DNA of 64,000 nucleotides from Leucoraja ocellata (GCA_036785375.1 JAWMAR010002538.1:62001-126000), one strand, 5' to 3'; numbered from the stretch's first letter, positions 1-12,900 are shown. Program-made: numbers and translations. The notes: generated by a model not told the origin, from the sequence alone.

Positions 1-185
1 AATTAATTTGCCAGCAGCGGTACAATGATAAAGAACACACACAAAAACACAATAAAAATTGAACACAAACATCCACCACAGCATTCATTACTGTGGTGGA
101 AGGCACAAAATTGGCCCGTCCTCCTCCATTTCCCCCGTGGTCAGGACCGCAACCCTCCGCAGCCGTCTCTGCGGGCGTCCAGATG
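1..185 (-). mobile_element. 3' part of a non-autonomous SINE-like/Rex1-associated retroelement, cut by the window edge
   Basis: Shares the hairpin + 'ctgt..tggaaggc' motif and downstream sequence with the elements at 40565-41330 and 62003-62755. Confidence 0.55.
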
Positions 186-605
186 TGCAGATTCCTCTTC
201 AGACCGATTGAGGGTGGGGGGGCTAAGAAAGCTAGAAAAGGGGAGAGGCAGGACAAACAGTGGCAGGTAATGTCAACATAGGCAAGGGGGGTTTGTTTGA
301 CAAGCAGTTGGAACAAAGACCGGTGATAAGGACAGTAAGTGGGAGACAGCTTCGAATGAAGAGATGCAGATTATAAAGTCAGGGGGAGGAAAGCTGTTGT
401 GGTGGGATGGGATGGGATGAGATGGGATGGGATGGGGTGGGGAGGGAGGGGGGGGGGGGCGGTGTTGAGGGGAGAAATTTACAGTCCAGGTGGGACCCAG
501 GGAGGGAAGGGGTTGTTGTATGTTAAAGGTTACCTGAAATTGGAAAATTCAACATTCATAGCATTCGATTGTGAGCTATCCAAGCCATTGCAAAATCTCC
601 TCAAG
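186..605 (-). mobile_element. Penelope-like element 3' fragment (GIY-YIG C-terminus plus pLTR remnant) with a (GGGAT)n microsatellite
   Basis: Minus-strand ORF ends ...NAMNVEFSNFR*, typical of a Penelope ORF end; ribozyme-type 'ctgaagagg' remnant at ~193-202 on the minus strand. Confidence 0.6.
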
Positions 606-1705
606 GTATGTATACTTTGAATAGATTTTCCTCCTCTCTGCGATTCCTGCTGCTGAGCCGATATTTGGAAAGATAAATTTGCAATGCCAGAGAGCTCACT
701 GGATGTGAATGTGACAATATGACTTCTGGTTATTGACATTATGACCTTTGATGGATCAGTCTAAGATGTTTTTGATGTCATGAGTTGGTTTCTTTGCCAT
801 TAACTCACTCAACCTCACACTCCTGCTCCAAATGTTTCCAAACGAAAATCCAATAAAATACAAGGTGGTCATTTAAATAATTACTCCTCTTAAATCTGAG
901 GCTCGTGCATGAATGTGAAATGCTACAGTTCACTAATAACCAAACTATAAATGCAGCATTGAAAGAAACTGGTATAAAATCTCTTCCAATTCCCTGCTAA
1001 CTCTGCATTGGTAGTGCATCTGGTTTCCCTGCAGATTTTTCTAAAATCTGATTTTAAATTCAACCCAGACTTCTGGTGTAAGAGACTTTAATCCAAAGAC
1101 TCAATTCCTACTAGGTGTAAGGCCATGGCAGGGAACTGCCCATAATTCAGCTCTAATTGACACTAAATTTAATGGTCACAAGCCATAAACATGTCTACAG
1201 GCTTTCTTTGCCTGAGGACTGTGATCTCATGTCCTGTTTACTACAGTCCACAAATGCACAGAAAAAGGCCCCAGTTGTATCATGGAAAAACAGTGCGTTT
1301 TTCCAAATCGGGAATTCATTTGCAGTCAAACAAACCCGTGAACAGGCCAACAATCTTAGCCAAAATAAAAGTAGCCAATGAAATTGCAATATGTTTATTT
1401 TGTGGAACAGGAGCGTGGGCAAAAATTATAACAAATACATCGTTTGCTCAGAAATATTTATGTTCTTGTTTCTCAGCACTGATTTTTTACATTGACGGAG
1501 ATTGGTAACTATTCTAAGTGGAAAGCTTTCTTCCATAATTGTAAAAAACAAGAATGTTCATGTGTGAATTTAATCTCCCTGATGATTGTAACCATGCTCA
1601 TCTGCTTTCTGTGTTTTAAGGAAGTCGATAGATATGTTGCATCTTAGTAATATCCATGGACGTCATAGAGTCGTACAGCACTGATAAAGGGCAACAGGCC
1701 ACAAG

Positions 1706-2050
1706 TAAGGATTTGAGTATAGGAACAGGGAGGTTCTACTGCAGTTGTACAGGGTCTTGGTGAGCCCACACCTGGAGTATTGCGTACAGTTTTGGTCTCC
1801 TAATCTGAGAAAATACATTCTTGCCTCAGAGTGAGTACAGAGAAGATTCACCAGACTGATTCCTGGGATGTCAGGACTTTCATATGAAGAAAGACTGGAT
1901 AGACTCGGCTTGTACTCGCTAGAATTTAGAAGATTGAGGGGGGATCTTATAGAAACTTACAAAATTCTTAGGGGGTTGGACAGGCTAGATGCAGGAAGAT
2001 TGTTCCCGATGTTGGGGAAGTCCAGGACAAGGGGGTCACAGTTTAAGGAT
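1706..2050 (+). mobile_element. CR1 (HER1-like) LINE, upstream piece, interrupted by the Gypsy insertion
   Basis: Encodes [13 protein letters not shown] and ERLDRLGLYSLEFRRLRGDLIETYKIL; continues at 6503. Confidence 0.93.
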
Positions 2051-2267
2051 TGTAAAGAAGTTAAGTCTGACACACTTGTAACTTTACTTATTGTTTAATG
2101 ATCACTCAGGTTAAACACATTCCAGCACTGACTACTAGCAGTCTATAACCGTGCTGGAACCAAGAGAGGGAGGGAGAGATAGAGAGAGTTATTATACTTG
2201 ATAACTAAGGCGTGGTTAGTGGTACTGAGGTAGCTATATTATTGGTTGCATGCATGGACCATCTACA
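2051..2267 (-). repeat. 3' LTR of the Gypsy element
   Basis: tgtaaag...ctaca; the adjacent 2268-2278 (tccttcccctt) reads as a polypurine tract on the minus strand. Confidence 0.95.
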
Positions 2268-2283
2268 TCCTTCCCCTTAGAAA

Positions 2284-5200
2284 TCAAAACAGAATTAGAG
2301 CCGTAGCAGTGTAATTGCACAAAGCATGCGAGTTTAAGCAAAGTCGCTGTAGCGAACAGGTGGCTTGACAATGCGACCCGAACGCGTGGGTACAACGCCT
2401 TCCCCCCCCCCCCCCCCAATCGGAAAGAAGAGAAGGCGTAGCGGAGGCTGGCGAGAAAGTTAATGCAGGATCAAGCGCAGTCGAAGCTGGAAAGGCAGGA
2501 GGGGGAGGTGAACGCAGAGGAGGTGAAGAAATCCGGCCAAAACCAGGCGGCCGAGGAGGAGGGAGAACGCAAAGGAGGAGGAGACGGCAGCAGCGGAGGG
2601 GTAAGCGGCATGCGGGGAACAGCAGGGAGATCAGCAGTGACAGGCTGGAACGGCAACGGAGGAGCACAAGGACCCACAGGTGTGGGCTTCGGCTCGTTCA
2701 CGGCCAGCAGGTGTTGACGGCTCCGACGATAGACAGTCCCATCATAGTCCACCAGGTAAGATCTTGGGGAGTCGGCCACACCAACCACGGTCGCGATGCG
2801 GGAGTAGCCGATGGTAGTCTGCATCCGAACAACTTGGCCTGGCAGTAGAGGAGACAGGGGGCGGCAGGACTTATCATGCGAACGTCGTTGGCTTTCATGC
2901 TTCTGGTCAATCCGCTGTTGGACAGTGGCAGGCTCGAGCACTTTGGGTATCAGGGCCTGTTGGGCGATAGGCATGGGTGGTCTTGTCATCCTCGACATCA
3001 GACGCAGGGCAGGGGAACTCATGGTCAGGTCCCGGGAGATGTTACGTAGGTTAAGTAAGCCCAGGTAGAAATCGCAGTTGGACAGGCGCGACTGCTCCAG
3101 CAGAGCCTTAGCACTCCGCACAGCCCGCTCGGCCAGGCCATTACTTTGTGGATACTCAGGGCTGCTGGTGTAGTGATGAAAGTTCCACCTGCTAGTGAAA
3201 GCCTTGAATTCGGCACTAGTGAATTGCTGGCCGTTGTCGGTCTGCAAGCGGACAGGGGCACCGAAGGTGGCGAAGTGCCTGCGCAGTTTGCTGATGTGAC
3301 CATCTCGGAGGTGATGGAGGGAAGTATGTCCACCTCGAACCAGTTGGAGTACGTGTCGACCAGGACGAGGAACTGTTTGCCCCGTCATTCGAATATGTCG
3401 GCAGCCAGCGATGTCCAGGGCATGGTAGGCGCAGGCTGCTGCAAAAGGGGCTGGCGCTGCTGGTGTGGGGTGAGGTTGTTGCAGGAGGGACAGGAGGACA
3501 CTCTGTCCCTGATGTATTTGGCCATACCAGGCCAGTAGAATTGTGCTTGGGCATGAAAAATGGTAGCATTGACCCTGGGATGACCGCTGTGGGCTGCGTT
3601 GTAGTATAGATCGTAGAGGGAGGCCGGGACCACGACCTTGTGGCCTTTGACGATGACACCGTCTTGGATCACCAGTTCATCGTGGACCAGGAAGAAAGGG
3701 TGGGCACCCGACGGCAAAGTGGTGCATCTGTCGGGCCACCCGCGCTTGATAACGGCTGCGAGCTGCTGCAACGCAGGGTCAGCGGCGGTGTGCTCGATCA
3801 GGCTCTGTAGCTACTTGGTTGGGACAAAGTTGACGTTCAGTACCAGCAGGTCTTCCTCGTAGGGGTGGCGGTCACAGGAGGCTAGTGGGGCACGAGACAG
3901 GGTGTCGGCCACATGCATCTCAGTGCCCTTCTTGTAAACGATGTTGAAATCAAAACGCTGGAGTTGCAGCATCATGCGCTGAAGCCTTGCGGGGCCAATA
4001 TGTATCGGTTTGTTGAGGATAGTCACTAATGGCTGGTGGTCCGTTTTGACTGTGAATTTGCTGCCGAAGAGGAAGTCTTTGAACTTGGAGCAAGCGAACA
4101 CCACCGCCAGGAGCTCCTTCTCGATCTGAGCATACCGTTGCTCCATGTCAGTCATGGTCCGTGAGGCATACGAGACCGGTAGCAGCGATCCATCGTCGTA
4201 GAGCTGCAGGCAAGCAGCACCTAGTCCAAAACGAGAGGCATCGCAGGTAACAACAATGGGACGGCGCAGGTCGGAGAATTTTAAGGTCGGGGTGCAGGTC
4301 AACATAGACTTCAGCCATTCAAAAGCCTGCTGGTGTTGTGGAAACCAGGACCAGGCAGTGTCCTTTTTTGTTAGCTGTCTCAAGGACGAGCTCAGTTCAC
4401 TGAGATTTGGAATGAACTTCCCCAGGTAATTGACCATGCCCAGGAATCGCTGCAAACCGAGGACGTCGGTGGGGGCTGACATCTGGGAGATTGCATTTGT
4501 CTTTTGCGGGTCGGGCTTCAGACCATTAGAAGTGAAGATATGCCCGACGTAAGGCACTTCGGAGACGTGGAACCTGCATTTTTTTTCGTTCAGTTTCAAA
4601 TTGATCTGTCATGTTCGGCGGTATTCTTCCGTAGACTAGGATATCATCCACGATGATGGCACACGGCATGCCGGCGAAAAGCTGTTCCATGGACCGCTGA
4701 AACACCTCGCTGGTGGAGCTAATACCAAATGGCATCCGTAAGAACTAGAATCTGCCATATGGAGTGGCAAACGTTGTCAGGTCGGAGGAGCGTTTGTCGA
4801 GAGGTATTTGCCAGAAAGAGCTCTTGGCATCAAGGACAGAGAAGACCGTGGCCTGGCCGACTTGAGCTGCAACATCTTCCACGGTTCTCATGGGGTAGTG
4901 TGGTCGCCTTGTCGCGAGGTTCAGGTCCTTCGGATTGATGCACACCCGTATCTCGTTCTTGTCCTTTTTCAGGGTGGCGACCATGGTGGAGACCCAGTCG
5001 GTGGGCTCGCTAACCGCTTCCAGCACTCCCATCGCGACCATGCTTTTCAGGATAGACTCAACTTTATCCTTCATAGCGAGGGACACTCTGTGTGGTGCAC
5101 GGACCACGGGCACCACTTTCGGGTCGGTGGTGATTTTGTAAACACGAGGTAGCTTGCCCAGCTCATTGTCGAACAGGTCCGGGTACTCAGACATCGGATT

Positions 5201-6264
5201 CAGCAACACCTGCACTTCGTTGACGGTGCGGTCGAAGGACACCAGTCCGAGGTCCTGGCATGCCTGGTTGCCCAACAGAGTCACACAGTCATAGTCGAGA
5301 ACATAGAACAGGAGAGGCGATAACTTCTGCAGCACACAATTGAAAGTGGCCTTCCCCACAGGTTTCAGCACCTCGCCCCCATAAGCATGTAAAGTCGAAT
5401 GGTCTGCAGTCAGCAGCTCATTAAATCTAATCTTCTTGAACAGGCTTGTTGACATAACATTGACCTTTGCCCCAGTATCGAGCTTAGCCGAGAAAGAATG
5501 ATTGTTGACAGTAACGAGGACCGATGGATCAGGGTGTAGAACAGGTGCGTGTAGGAGTGTGAATACACTAGCATCTCCTTGAGAACTAATTGGCTCAGAG
5601 ACGTGGGCAGTGTCGAGAGAGGACTGGGAACCAAACTCGTTATCAACTTGTACCAGGTTGTTTAATACTTGTCTAGAAGCTGGGGGAAGTTTCCCACGGG
5701 ACCGGCAGGCAGCAGAGAAATGGTTAAATTTCTTGCAGAAATTGCAGGATTTTCCGTAAACCGGGCACTGCGACTGCATCGAATGCATATAATTGCAATT
5801 GGGGCACTTTTTAACAACGTGAGCGCTGGGGGGGGGAAGCTCGTCCGCGACACAGGTCTATTGTCCGAACTGCGGGTCAACAACTTCGGCCAACCTGCAT
5901 GCGTGCATGGCCTCGGTCAGAGTAAGATCTGGCTTTCTCAGTAGCTCCGATTGCAACTTCTGATCCATCATCCCCGTTACTAAAATGTCCCTAGTAAGCT
6001 GGTCAGTCATATTCTCAAATCGGCACCTCTGGGCGAGATAGCGCAGATCAGCAATAAAGCACTCAACTGGCTCATCAGGCTGTTGTTTCCGCGTAAAGAA
6101 CTTGGCTCGCTCTAAAATGCGGTTAGAGGGCAAGTCACAAATTTCAGCAAACTTCCGTAGCAAACATACCGGATCGTTGGCAGACTCCGCAGGCACTAGG
6201 ACCAGATTGTTGTCACCCTGGTCGCGGGATTGTAGGCAAAAGCAAGTGCTCTCCTCATGGCATC
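2284..6264 (-). pseudogene. Disrupted gag-pol: zinc knuckles, protease (LDTGAKV), RT (LDAKSSFWQI, IIVDDIL), RNase H (TCDASRFGLGA), integrase (TDNGQQF, PQSNGLAERAV)
   Basis: ORF fragments 5858-6196, 4745-5788, 4526-4735, 3811-4599, 3385-3771 and 2471-3388; in-frame stops at 5858, 4745 and 3811 plus frameshifts/deletions. Confidence 0.93.
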
Positions 6265-6285
6265 AGGGGGTCACAGTTTAAGGAT

Positions 6286-6502
6286 TGTAAAGAAGTTAAG
6301 TCTGACACACTTGTAACTTTACTTATTGTTTAATGATCACTCAGGTTAAACACATTCCAGCACTGACTACTAGCAGTCTATAACCGTGCTGGAACCAAGA
6401 GAGGGAGGGAGAGATAGAGAGAGTTATTATACTTGATAACTAAGGCGTGGTTAGTGGTACTGAGGTAGCTATATTATTGGTTGCATGCATGGACCATCTA
6501 CA
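6286..6502 (-). repeat. 5' LTR of the Gypsy element; no adjacent primer-binding site
   Basis: Identical by eye to 2051-2267; preceded by a 21-bp copy of the outside flank instead of a PBS. Confidence 0.95.
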
Positions 6503-6796
6503 AGGATAAAGGGGAAATCCTTTAGGACTGAGATGAGAAAAACATTTTTCACACAGAGAGTGGTGAGTCTCTGGAACTCTCTGCCACAGAATGTAGTTGA
6601 GGCCCGTTCATTGGCTATATTTAAGAGGGAGTTAGATGTGGCCCTTGTGGCTAAAGGGATCAGAGGGTATGGAGAGAAGGCAGGTACAGGATACTGAGTT
6701 GGATGATCAGCCATGATCATATAGAATGGCGGTGCAGGCTCGAAGGGCCGAATGGCCTACTCCTGCACCTATTTTCTATGTTTCTATGTTTCTATG
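6503..6796 (+). mobile_element. CR1 LINE 3' piece with (TTCTATGT)n tail
   Basis: Continues the CR1 frame broken at 2050 (RIKGKSFRTEMRKTFFTQRVV); 3' UTR ctcgaagggccgaatggcctactcctgcacct. Confidence 0.93.
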
Positions 6797-6984
6797 TAAC
6801 TTAGCGGACCAGGCAACATCTCTGAAGAACAGGTGGACAGGTGAAGTTTTGGTTTCAGACCCTTGATCAGACCAATTGTAGGAGGGGCAGAAGAAAACTG
6901 GAATTAGATCCTTTGGCTCTGAAATCCCACAATTTAATGCTCATAATATTCCTATCAACTGTTTCTAGCCTCTACCATTAACAT

Positions 6985-7165
6985 ACACCCAAAGGTCAAT
7001 TTAGTGTGGTCAATCACATGCCAACCCTTTGGAAGGTGGGAGGGAACCAGACCACCCAGAAGAAATGGATGTGGAACATGAAAACTCCATTGACACACCA
7101 GCGCAGATTAGGATTCAACATGTGTCACCAAACCTGTGAGGCAGCAGCTCTCCAATCACACCAAT
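6985..7165 (-). mobile_element. Degenerate V-SINE (HE1-like)
   Basis: Remnant V-domain (ggaaggtgggagggaaccagaccacccagaagaaa) and tRNA-like head; similar to 25663-25962. Confidence 0.6.
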
Positions 7166-7440
7166 GTTTCATTGCATTATCCTAGACAGGGAGTATAATA
7201 TAGTTGTTTAGTACTTTACTTAGTATATTTGTTTGTCTTGTACTATGGTGGTGGGGTCTGTTTTGCTTCATTGTGTTGGAAATACTAATTTAATATTTGA
7301 ATAAATATTTTTGATTTAAATTAAAAAAAATAAAAAGGTTTCATTGCATAAAGAATTTAATTAATTAAGAACTCTTCTCCTTCTGCTCTACGTTAAATAA
7401 GATTAAAAGTCACACTGTAGAAACAGGGAATTACAAGTTT

Positions 7441-7720
7441 TCAAGGTGGCGCCCAACCAAGGCGATTATTTGCATGCTGGCCACGGAATCAGATCTACAA
7501 TCACATATTAGAATCGCTCCGCACTTTTAAATCTCTACTCCTACAGATTCCCTTATCATGTATCTGTACACTGTGAATGGATTGTTGTAATCATGTATTG
7601 TCTTGCCGCTGGCTGGTTAGCACGCAACAAAAGCTTTTCACTGTACCTCGGTCCACGTGACAATAAACTGAACTGAACTAAACCGAACTATACCGAACTA
7701 TACTGAATTAAACTGAATGG
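7441..7720 (+). mobile_element. Rex1/Babar-type LINE remnant: putative 5' end joined to the 3' UTR with (GAACT)n tail
   Basis: 3' UTR block (...aaagcttttcactgtacctcggt...caataaact) recurs at 15670, 42520, 59730 and 61805. Confidence 0.65.
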
Positions 7721-7794
7721 ACTGCAGATGCTGGTTTAGAAAAAAAGCAAAGAGGGCTTGAGTAACTGAGAGGGTCAGGCAGCATTGCTTGAGA

Positions 7795-8307
7795 ACATAG
7801 AAACATAGAAAATAGGTGCAGGAGTAGGCCATTCGGCCCTTCGAGCCTGCATGACCATTCAATATGATCATGGTTGATCATCCAGCTCAGTATCCTGTAC
7901 CTCCCTGCTCTCCATACCCCCTGATACCTTTAGCCACAAGGGCCACATCTAACTCCCTCTTAAATATAGCCAATGAACTGGCCTCAACTACCTTCTGTGG
8001 CAGAGAATTCCAGAGATTCACCACCCTGTGTGAAAAATGTTTTTCTCATCTCGGTCCTAAAAGATTTCCCTCTTATCCTTAAACTGTGACCCCTTGTTCT
8101 GGACTTCCCCAACATCGGGAACAATCTTCCTGCATCTAGCCTGGCCAACCCCTTAAGTATTTTGTAAGTTTCTATAAGATCCCCCCTCAATCTTCTAAAT
8201 TCTAGCGAGTACAAACCGAGTCTATCCAGTCTTTCTTCATATGAAAGTCCTGACATTCCAGGAATCAGTCTGGTGAACCTTCTCTGCACTCCCTATATGG
8301 CAAGAAC
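7795..8307 (-). mobile_element. 5'-truncated CR1 LINE
   Basis: ORF 7984-8289 encodes the CR1 ORF2 C-terminus; tail repeat at 7795-7812. Confidence 0.93.
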
Positions 8308-8751
8308 ATGCACCTATCCATGTTCTCCAGGGATGCTGTATGACGTATTGAGTTACTGCAGCTCCTTGAGGCTTTTTAAAGTCACATTACCCTGCCCTTG
8401 AAATAAAAAATGCAACAATCAATATAAACAAATACTCCATAGATTGATTATGTAATTACAGTAAGACTGCATACACAATTAATTGTAACAAATTGGCATC
8501 ATTTCTCGTGCTTCAGGATTTCAATAATAATTTACACAAACAATTTTTCGCAAACACCTTTAGACAACAGTTCAGTGAATCAGTACATCAATTATAATTT
8601 AATTTAATTATATTCTATCCTGAAGTCCTTTATGGGATCAGGTAACAGCTGATAAATGGAACATTGGTGAATCATCACTCATGTTAGAGAGTTCAAATTT
8701 CAGATACTGTATAATCTGCTTTCCAGAGTGAACAAATCCCATCTATAGACA

Positions 8752-9442
8752 TTAGATAATAGACAATAGGTGCAGGAGTAGGCCACTCAGCCCTTCCAGC
8801 CAGCATCGCCATTCAACGTGATGGCCCGTTCCTGCCTTCTCCCCGTATCCCCTGACTCCGCTATCTTTCAGAGCTCTATCTAACTCTCTCTTGAAAGTAT
8901 CCAGCGAACCAGCCTCCACCGCCCTCTGAGGCAGATAATTCCACAGACTCACAACACTCTGTGTGAAAAAGTTTTTCCTCATCTCTGTTCTAAATGGCTT
9001 ACCCCTTGTTCTTAAACTTTGGCCCCTGGTTCTGGACTCCCCCAACATCAGGAGCATGTTTCCTGCCTCTAGCGTGTCCACACCCTTAATCTTATATGTT
9101 TCAATAAGATATCCTCTCATCCTTCTAAACTCCAGAGTATTCAAGCCCAGGCATTCCATTCTCTTAGCATATGACAGTCCCGCCATCCCGGGAATTAACC
9201 TGGTGAACCTATGCTGCACTCCCTCAATAGCAAGAATGTCCTTCTGCAAATTTGGAGACCAAAACTGCACACAATACTCCAGGTGTGGTCTCACTAGGGC
9301 CCTGTACAACTGCAGAAGGACCACTTTGCTCCTATACTCAACTCCTCTTGTTATGAAGGCCAACATGCCATTTGCTTTCTGCACCGCCTGCTGTACCTGC
9401 ATGCTTACTTTCAGTGACTGATGAGCAAGGACCCACAGATCT
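8752..9442 (-). mobile_element. 5'-truncated CR1 LINE, (CTATTGT)n-tail subfamily
   Basis: ORF 8752-9519 contains KANGMLAFI...[13 protein letters not shown]. Confidence 0.92.
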
Positions 9443-9812
9443 GGTTGTATGACTTTTTGACACTTATAATCTATACCTTGACCATACTGCATGGCTTCTT
9501 TATCTACTTGTTTTGTCACTTTCAGGAGGTTATGAACTTGGACCCCATGATCACTCTGGATATCAATGCTGTTAATGGTCTTGCCATTAATAGTAAGATT
9601 AAATGAGAACTTACCAGTTTGAAGTTTGATCTTGATTTTATGAGGAGATACGATGAGCGATTATGTGAAGAAGGGCCGTCCATCTGCGTGCGCGTCAATC
9701 TTCAAAGCAGCGGTGTTAAATCACAGATAACAAAGAAGACCTGAGAATAGTAAGATGGTGAAAAACTAGAACTTCCATGTGACCTTGATAATATGAGGGT
9801 GGGAGCGGTGGG

Positions 9813-9925
9813 CACGTAATCACTCATCGTAACTCCTCATAAAATCAAGATCAAACTTCAAACTGGTAAGTTCTCGTTTAATCTTACTATTTTACTTCGG
9901 AGTCACGTGAGTGACTACGTGAAGA
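9813..9925. repeat. DIRS internal complementary region (ICR)
   Basis: 9813-9891 is the reverse complement of the left terminus 9589-9667; 9889-9925 is the reverse complement of the right terminus ~14289-14325. Confidence 0.93.
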
Positions 9926-12900
9926 TTTCAAAGCTCTGTGATTTTACGCTGGTTACGAATCCGGGCGTCACACACTGAATGGATTGACCATGGATGCGTG
10001 TAATCATTAAATAATTCAGACATTACGTAGTTAAGTAAAGACACTTTAAATGGTTTAAATGAAAGAAAAGTTTAATAAAAACTAGTTACCCCTCCCAACC
10101 TTGGAGGTAAACTAAGGGACAGAACTTAAAATGGTACGTGCAAACACCCCCAGTCCGGTTATAGGTTTGTTATAAAACCGGTGGACCGTTATTTCATTCG
10201 TCCATCCTGCAGCCACTAGGATGTCGTCAAGAGGCACGTCCATAGCTCTTACTGCCGACATAGATGCAGCCCTGGTGGAGTGAGATTTAACCATATAAAT
10301 GTTCACTCTGTTACCGCCATTACCCCCTTTGACCACCTGGAGATGGTTTGAGTTGACACCTTCTGGTGTGGTTTTTTTATGGCTGATGAGGACTGATTGT
10401 TCTGAGCCTCTGAGGTTCTCCGTAACTCTTAGATAGTGGTGTTAGTATGTTACCACACACACAACCGTAGGTCCTCTGGGTATGCTAAGAACTGGATCTC
10501 CATTCCTGGCCTGCTATGTTTTATCAGGTTCCTGATTATGAATGTTATGTTGTTCATTTTGGTGGTCATGTAGTCCAACCATAGCTTTGCAGTGTCTGGA
10601 CTCTTTGTCAGCACACCACCTTCAAGGTTAGTTATAGGCGGTCCCCACTGTCAAAGTAGGGTTAGTACCACGCTCACATCCCATGTGTCCGTGTACCTTG
10701 GCCTTAGAGGTATTAAATTGTAAATTCCCTTCACGAATTTTGTTGTAAAGGTGTGCGTTCCTATCGACCCGTGCCCTGCTTCCAGCATCAGATAGGAGGA
10801 GAGTGCGCCTCTGGCACTATAGATTGCACTATAACTTTGTTTATAGTTATGGTACAGAGTTGATAGGAAATCCAAGACATCTGTTATCCGAACTGTGTTG
10901 TATTTGTTCGGACAGTCCCATGCCTTGAAATGGCCTCAGAATCTGCAGACCAACAAGTTAATATGTTCGTGTAGTGGATGATTACTCCCTGTAACTGGGT
11001 TCACTAGGAGGTCCCTGCTCTTGGGCACAGCCATAACTGGCTGGAGTATAGTTCCCAAAAATTTTGGGAACCAGGCTTGAGTAGGCCAATCTGGCACTAC
11101 CAATATGCCTGTGGCTTAGTCTTGCTTGATTTTGGTCAAGCACCGGTTTGTGAGACAAATTTGCGGAAGCATACATAAACAATCCTCCCCAATTGAGGGA
11201 GAAAGCATCCACTGCCTTTGCTCCTGGATCCAGCTCGCAAGCCACATATCTGGGTAACTGATGGTTTAGTCTAGATGCAAACAGATCAATATCTGGTATG
11301 CCAAATCGTGTAGTTATTTCGTTAAATACTGCCTGATTCAACATCCATTCTGTGTTGTTATTAAACATTCATGATCCAGCATCTGTCACCGTGCTATATC
11401 TACCTCGTAGATTTCCCAAATATTCCTCTTGATACACCAGTGCCAAATGAGGTTCGACAATCTGTCGTAAGATACAGATTTTACATCACCCTTGTTAATG
11501 GATATGTGCCACCACAGTGGTGTTATCAATCTGGATTTGAACAAGCACCGGTTGCATATTGCTACAGAAAACCTTGAGTCCATATTGTGCCCCCAACAAT
11601 TCTGGGTAATTGATTCCATGTGTTGGGGAATTACAGACTCCCGCTCATTCCACCAGCCCCCACAGCTCTAGACTGTGTTAGTGGCTCCCCATCCTTAGCC
11701 GCTTGCATAGGTCTGAAGAACCCCCGATGGTTTTCGAGCAAAATTTACCTTGAGCTGTCTCACGTTCGTTATCCACCATAGTTATTCAACAATGGCCTCT
11801 GCTGGCAATCCATAGTTTTGCCAATTTGGCCTGCATGGAATCTGAGTGTTCGTTCCTTTGCTCGCTGTAAATTCTGGTAATGCATAGGCCCGTACGTACT
11901 GCTGGAAATGCAGCTACTATTTGCCAATTACACTCGCTGTTTGCCTGATAGATGGCTAGTATTTGACTATCAGGTCATAGCAGGCTTGATTAATATAGTC
12001 GTTTGCCCCTAGGCAAAGTCACCAACATATTTACTGTTTTTGATAGTAAATTCTAGGTAATCAATTACCCTTGTAGGTGTCAATTTTGATTTAACTGGAT
12101 GGATGAGGTAACCAAGTCTTTCAAACAGGGTTTTGGTTTGCTTTGACTGATGCTTCTGCCAATTCTTGGTGACTCCAAAATGCAATTGTCCAAATATGCC
12201 ATTACTATGTGGTTTTGAGACCTTTGTAGACCCAGAATTGGTTTCCGTAGTTTAGTCAATAGTCTAGGAGCTGATGTCAACCCATTTGGCAGATCCATGC
12301 CATCCAGTTAAACTTCAAATATCTCCTGTTCTTAGTGAATAGACACAGAATAGTATGCATCTTTGAGGTTGATGCATGCCATGTGACCATTTTATAGGAA
12401 GCTCCTGTAAAACAATTGTTAGACCGTAACAAAAATTGCTGTTCTGTAAGTCTATACTGCACATATGAGTTAAACCTGGATGAAGTGACATCCTCCATCT
12501 GTCACATGTCCTGAATGGCAATGCTGCCCAAAATACTGGGCCTGCCTTGAAGACAACTCCGGTCCAAGTTCCAAGTCTGCTTGGAACCTATGTATATTGT
12601 GCAGTAAAATTATCACGTTATTATCTGTTTTTTAAAACCAGTTCTGAAAATTCATGTTATTGTCATTTTGAACAAAAATACAAGAGTAAAATTACCAACT
12701 GGTCCACAATCCCTTGTTTCAGTAAATCCAGACCCACCTACCTCCATGGCTACCGGTGGTCTTGTGGTAAGCCCAAAGGCCCCTGATGTGGGTTCCTTTT
12801 CTCTCCTTGATTGGGAGTAGGACTGGTAGGGAGTGTGGATTCCATGTTTCTCCTGACCTCTGCTTGGGTCTTGGTCTGAAAACCTCATCATACTGAGCCT

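Larger units (their letters stand above)
2051..6502 (-). mobile_element. Gypsy/Ty3 LTR retrotransposon (Mag-like), decayed; 217-bp LTRs; 5-bp TSD AGGAT
   Basis: TG...CA LTRs at 2051-2267 and 6286-6502; AGGAT at 2046-2050 and 6503-6507; gag, PR, RT, RH, IN order on the minus strand. Confidence 0.96.

Noticed and set aside
530-1508. Short ORFs near the window start as possible host exons (e.g. NDUFS4, the expected neighbour)
   Set aside because: No translation resembles NDUFS4 or any protein I recognise; 530-605 is Penelope-derived.
2463-5944. Plus-strand ORFs over the Gypsy element
   Set aside because: Antisense shadows of GC-rich gag-pol sequence with no independent domain signal.
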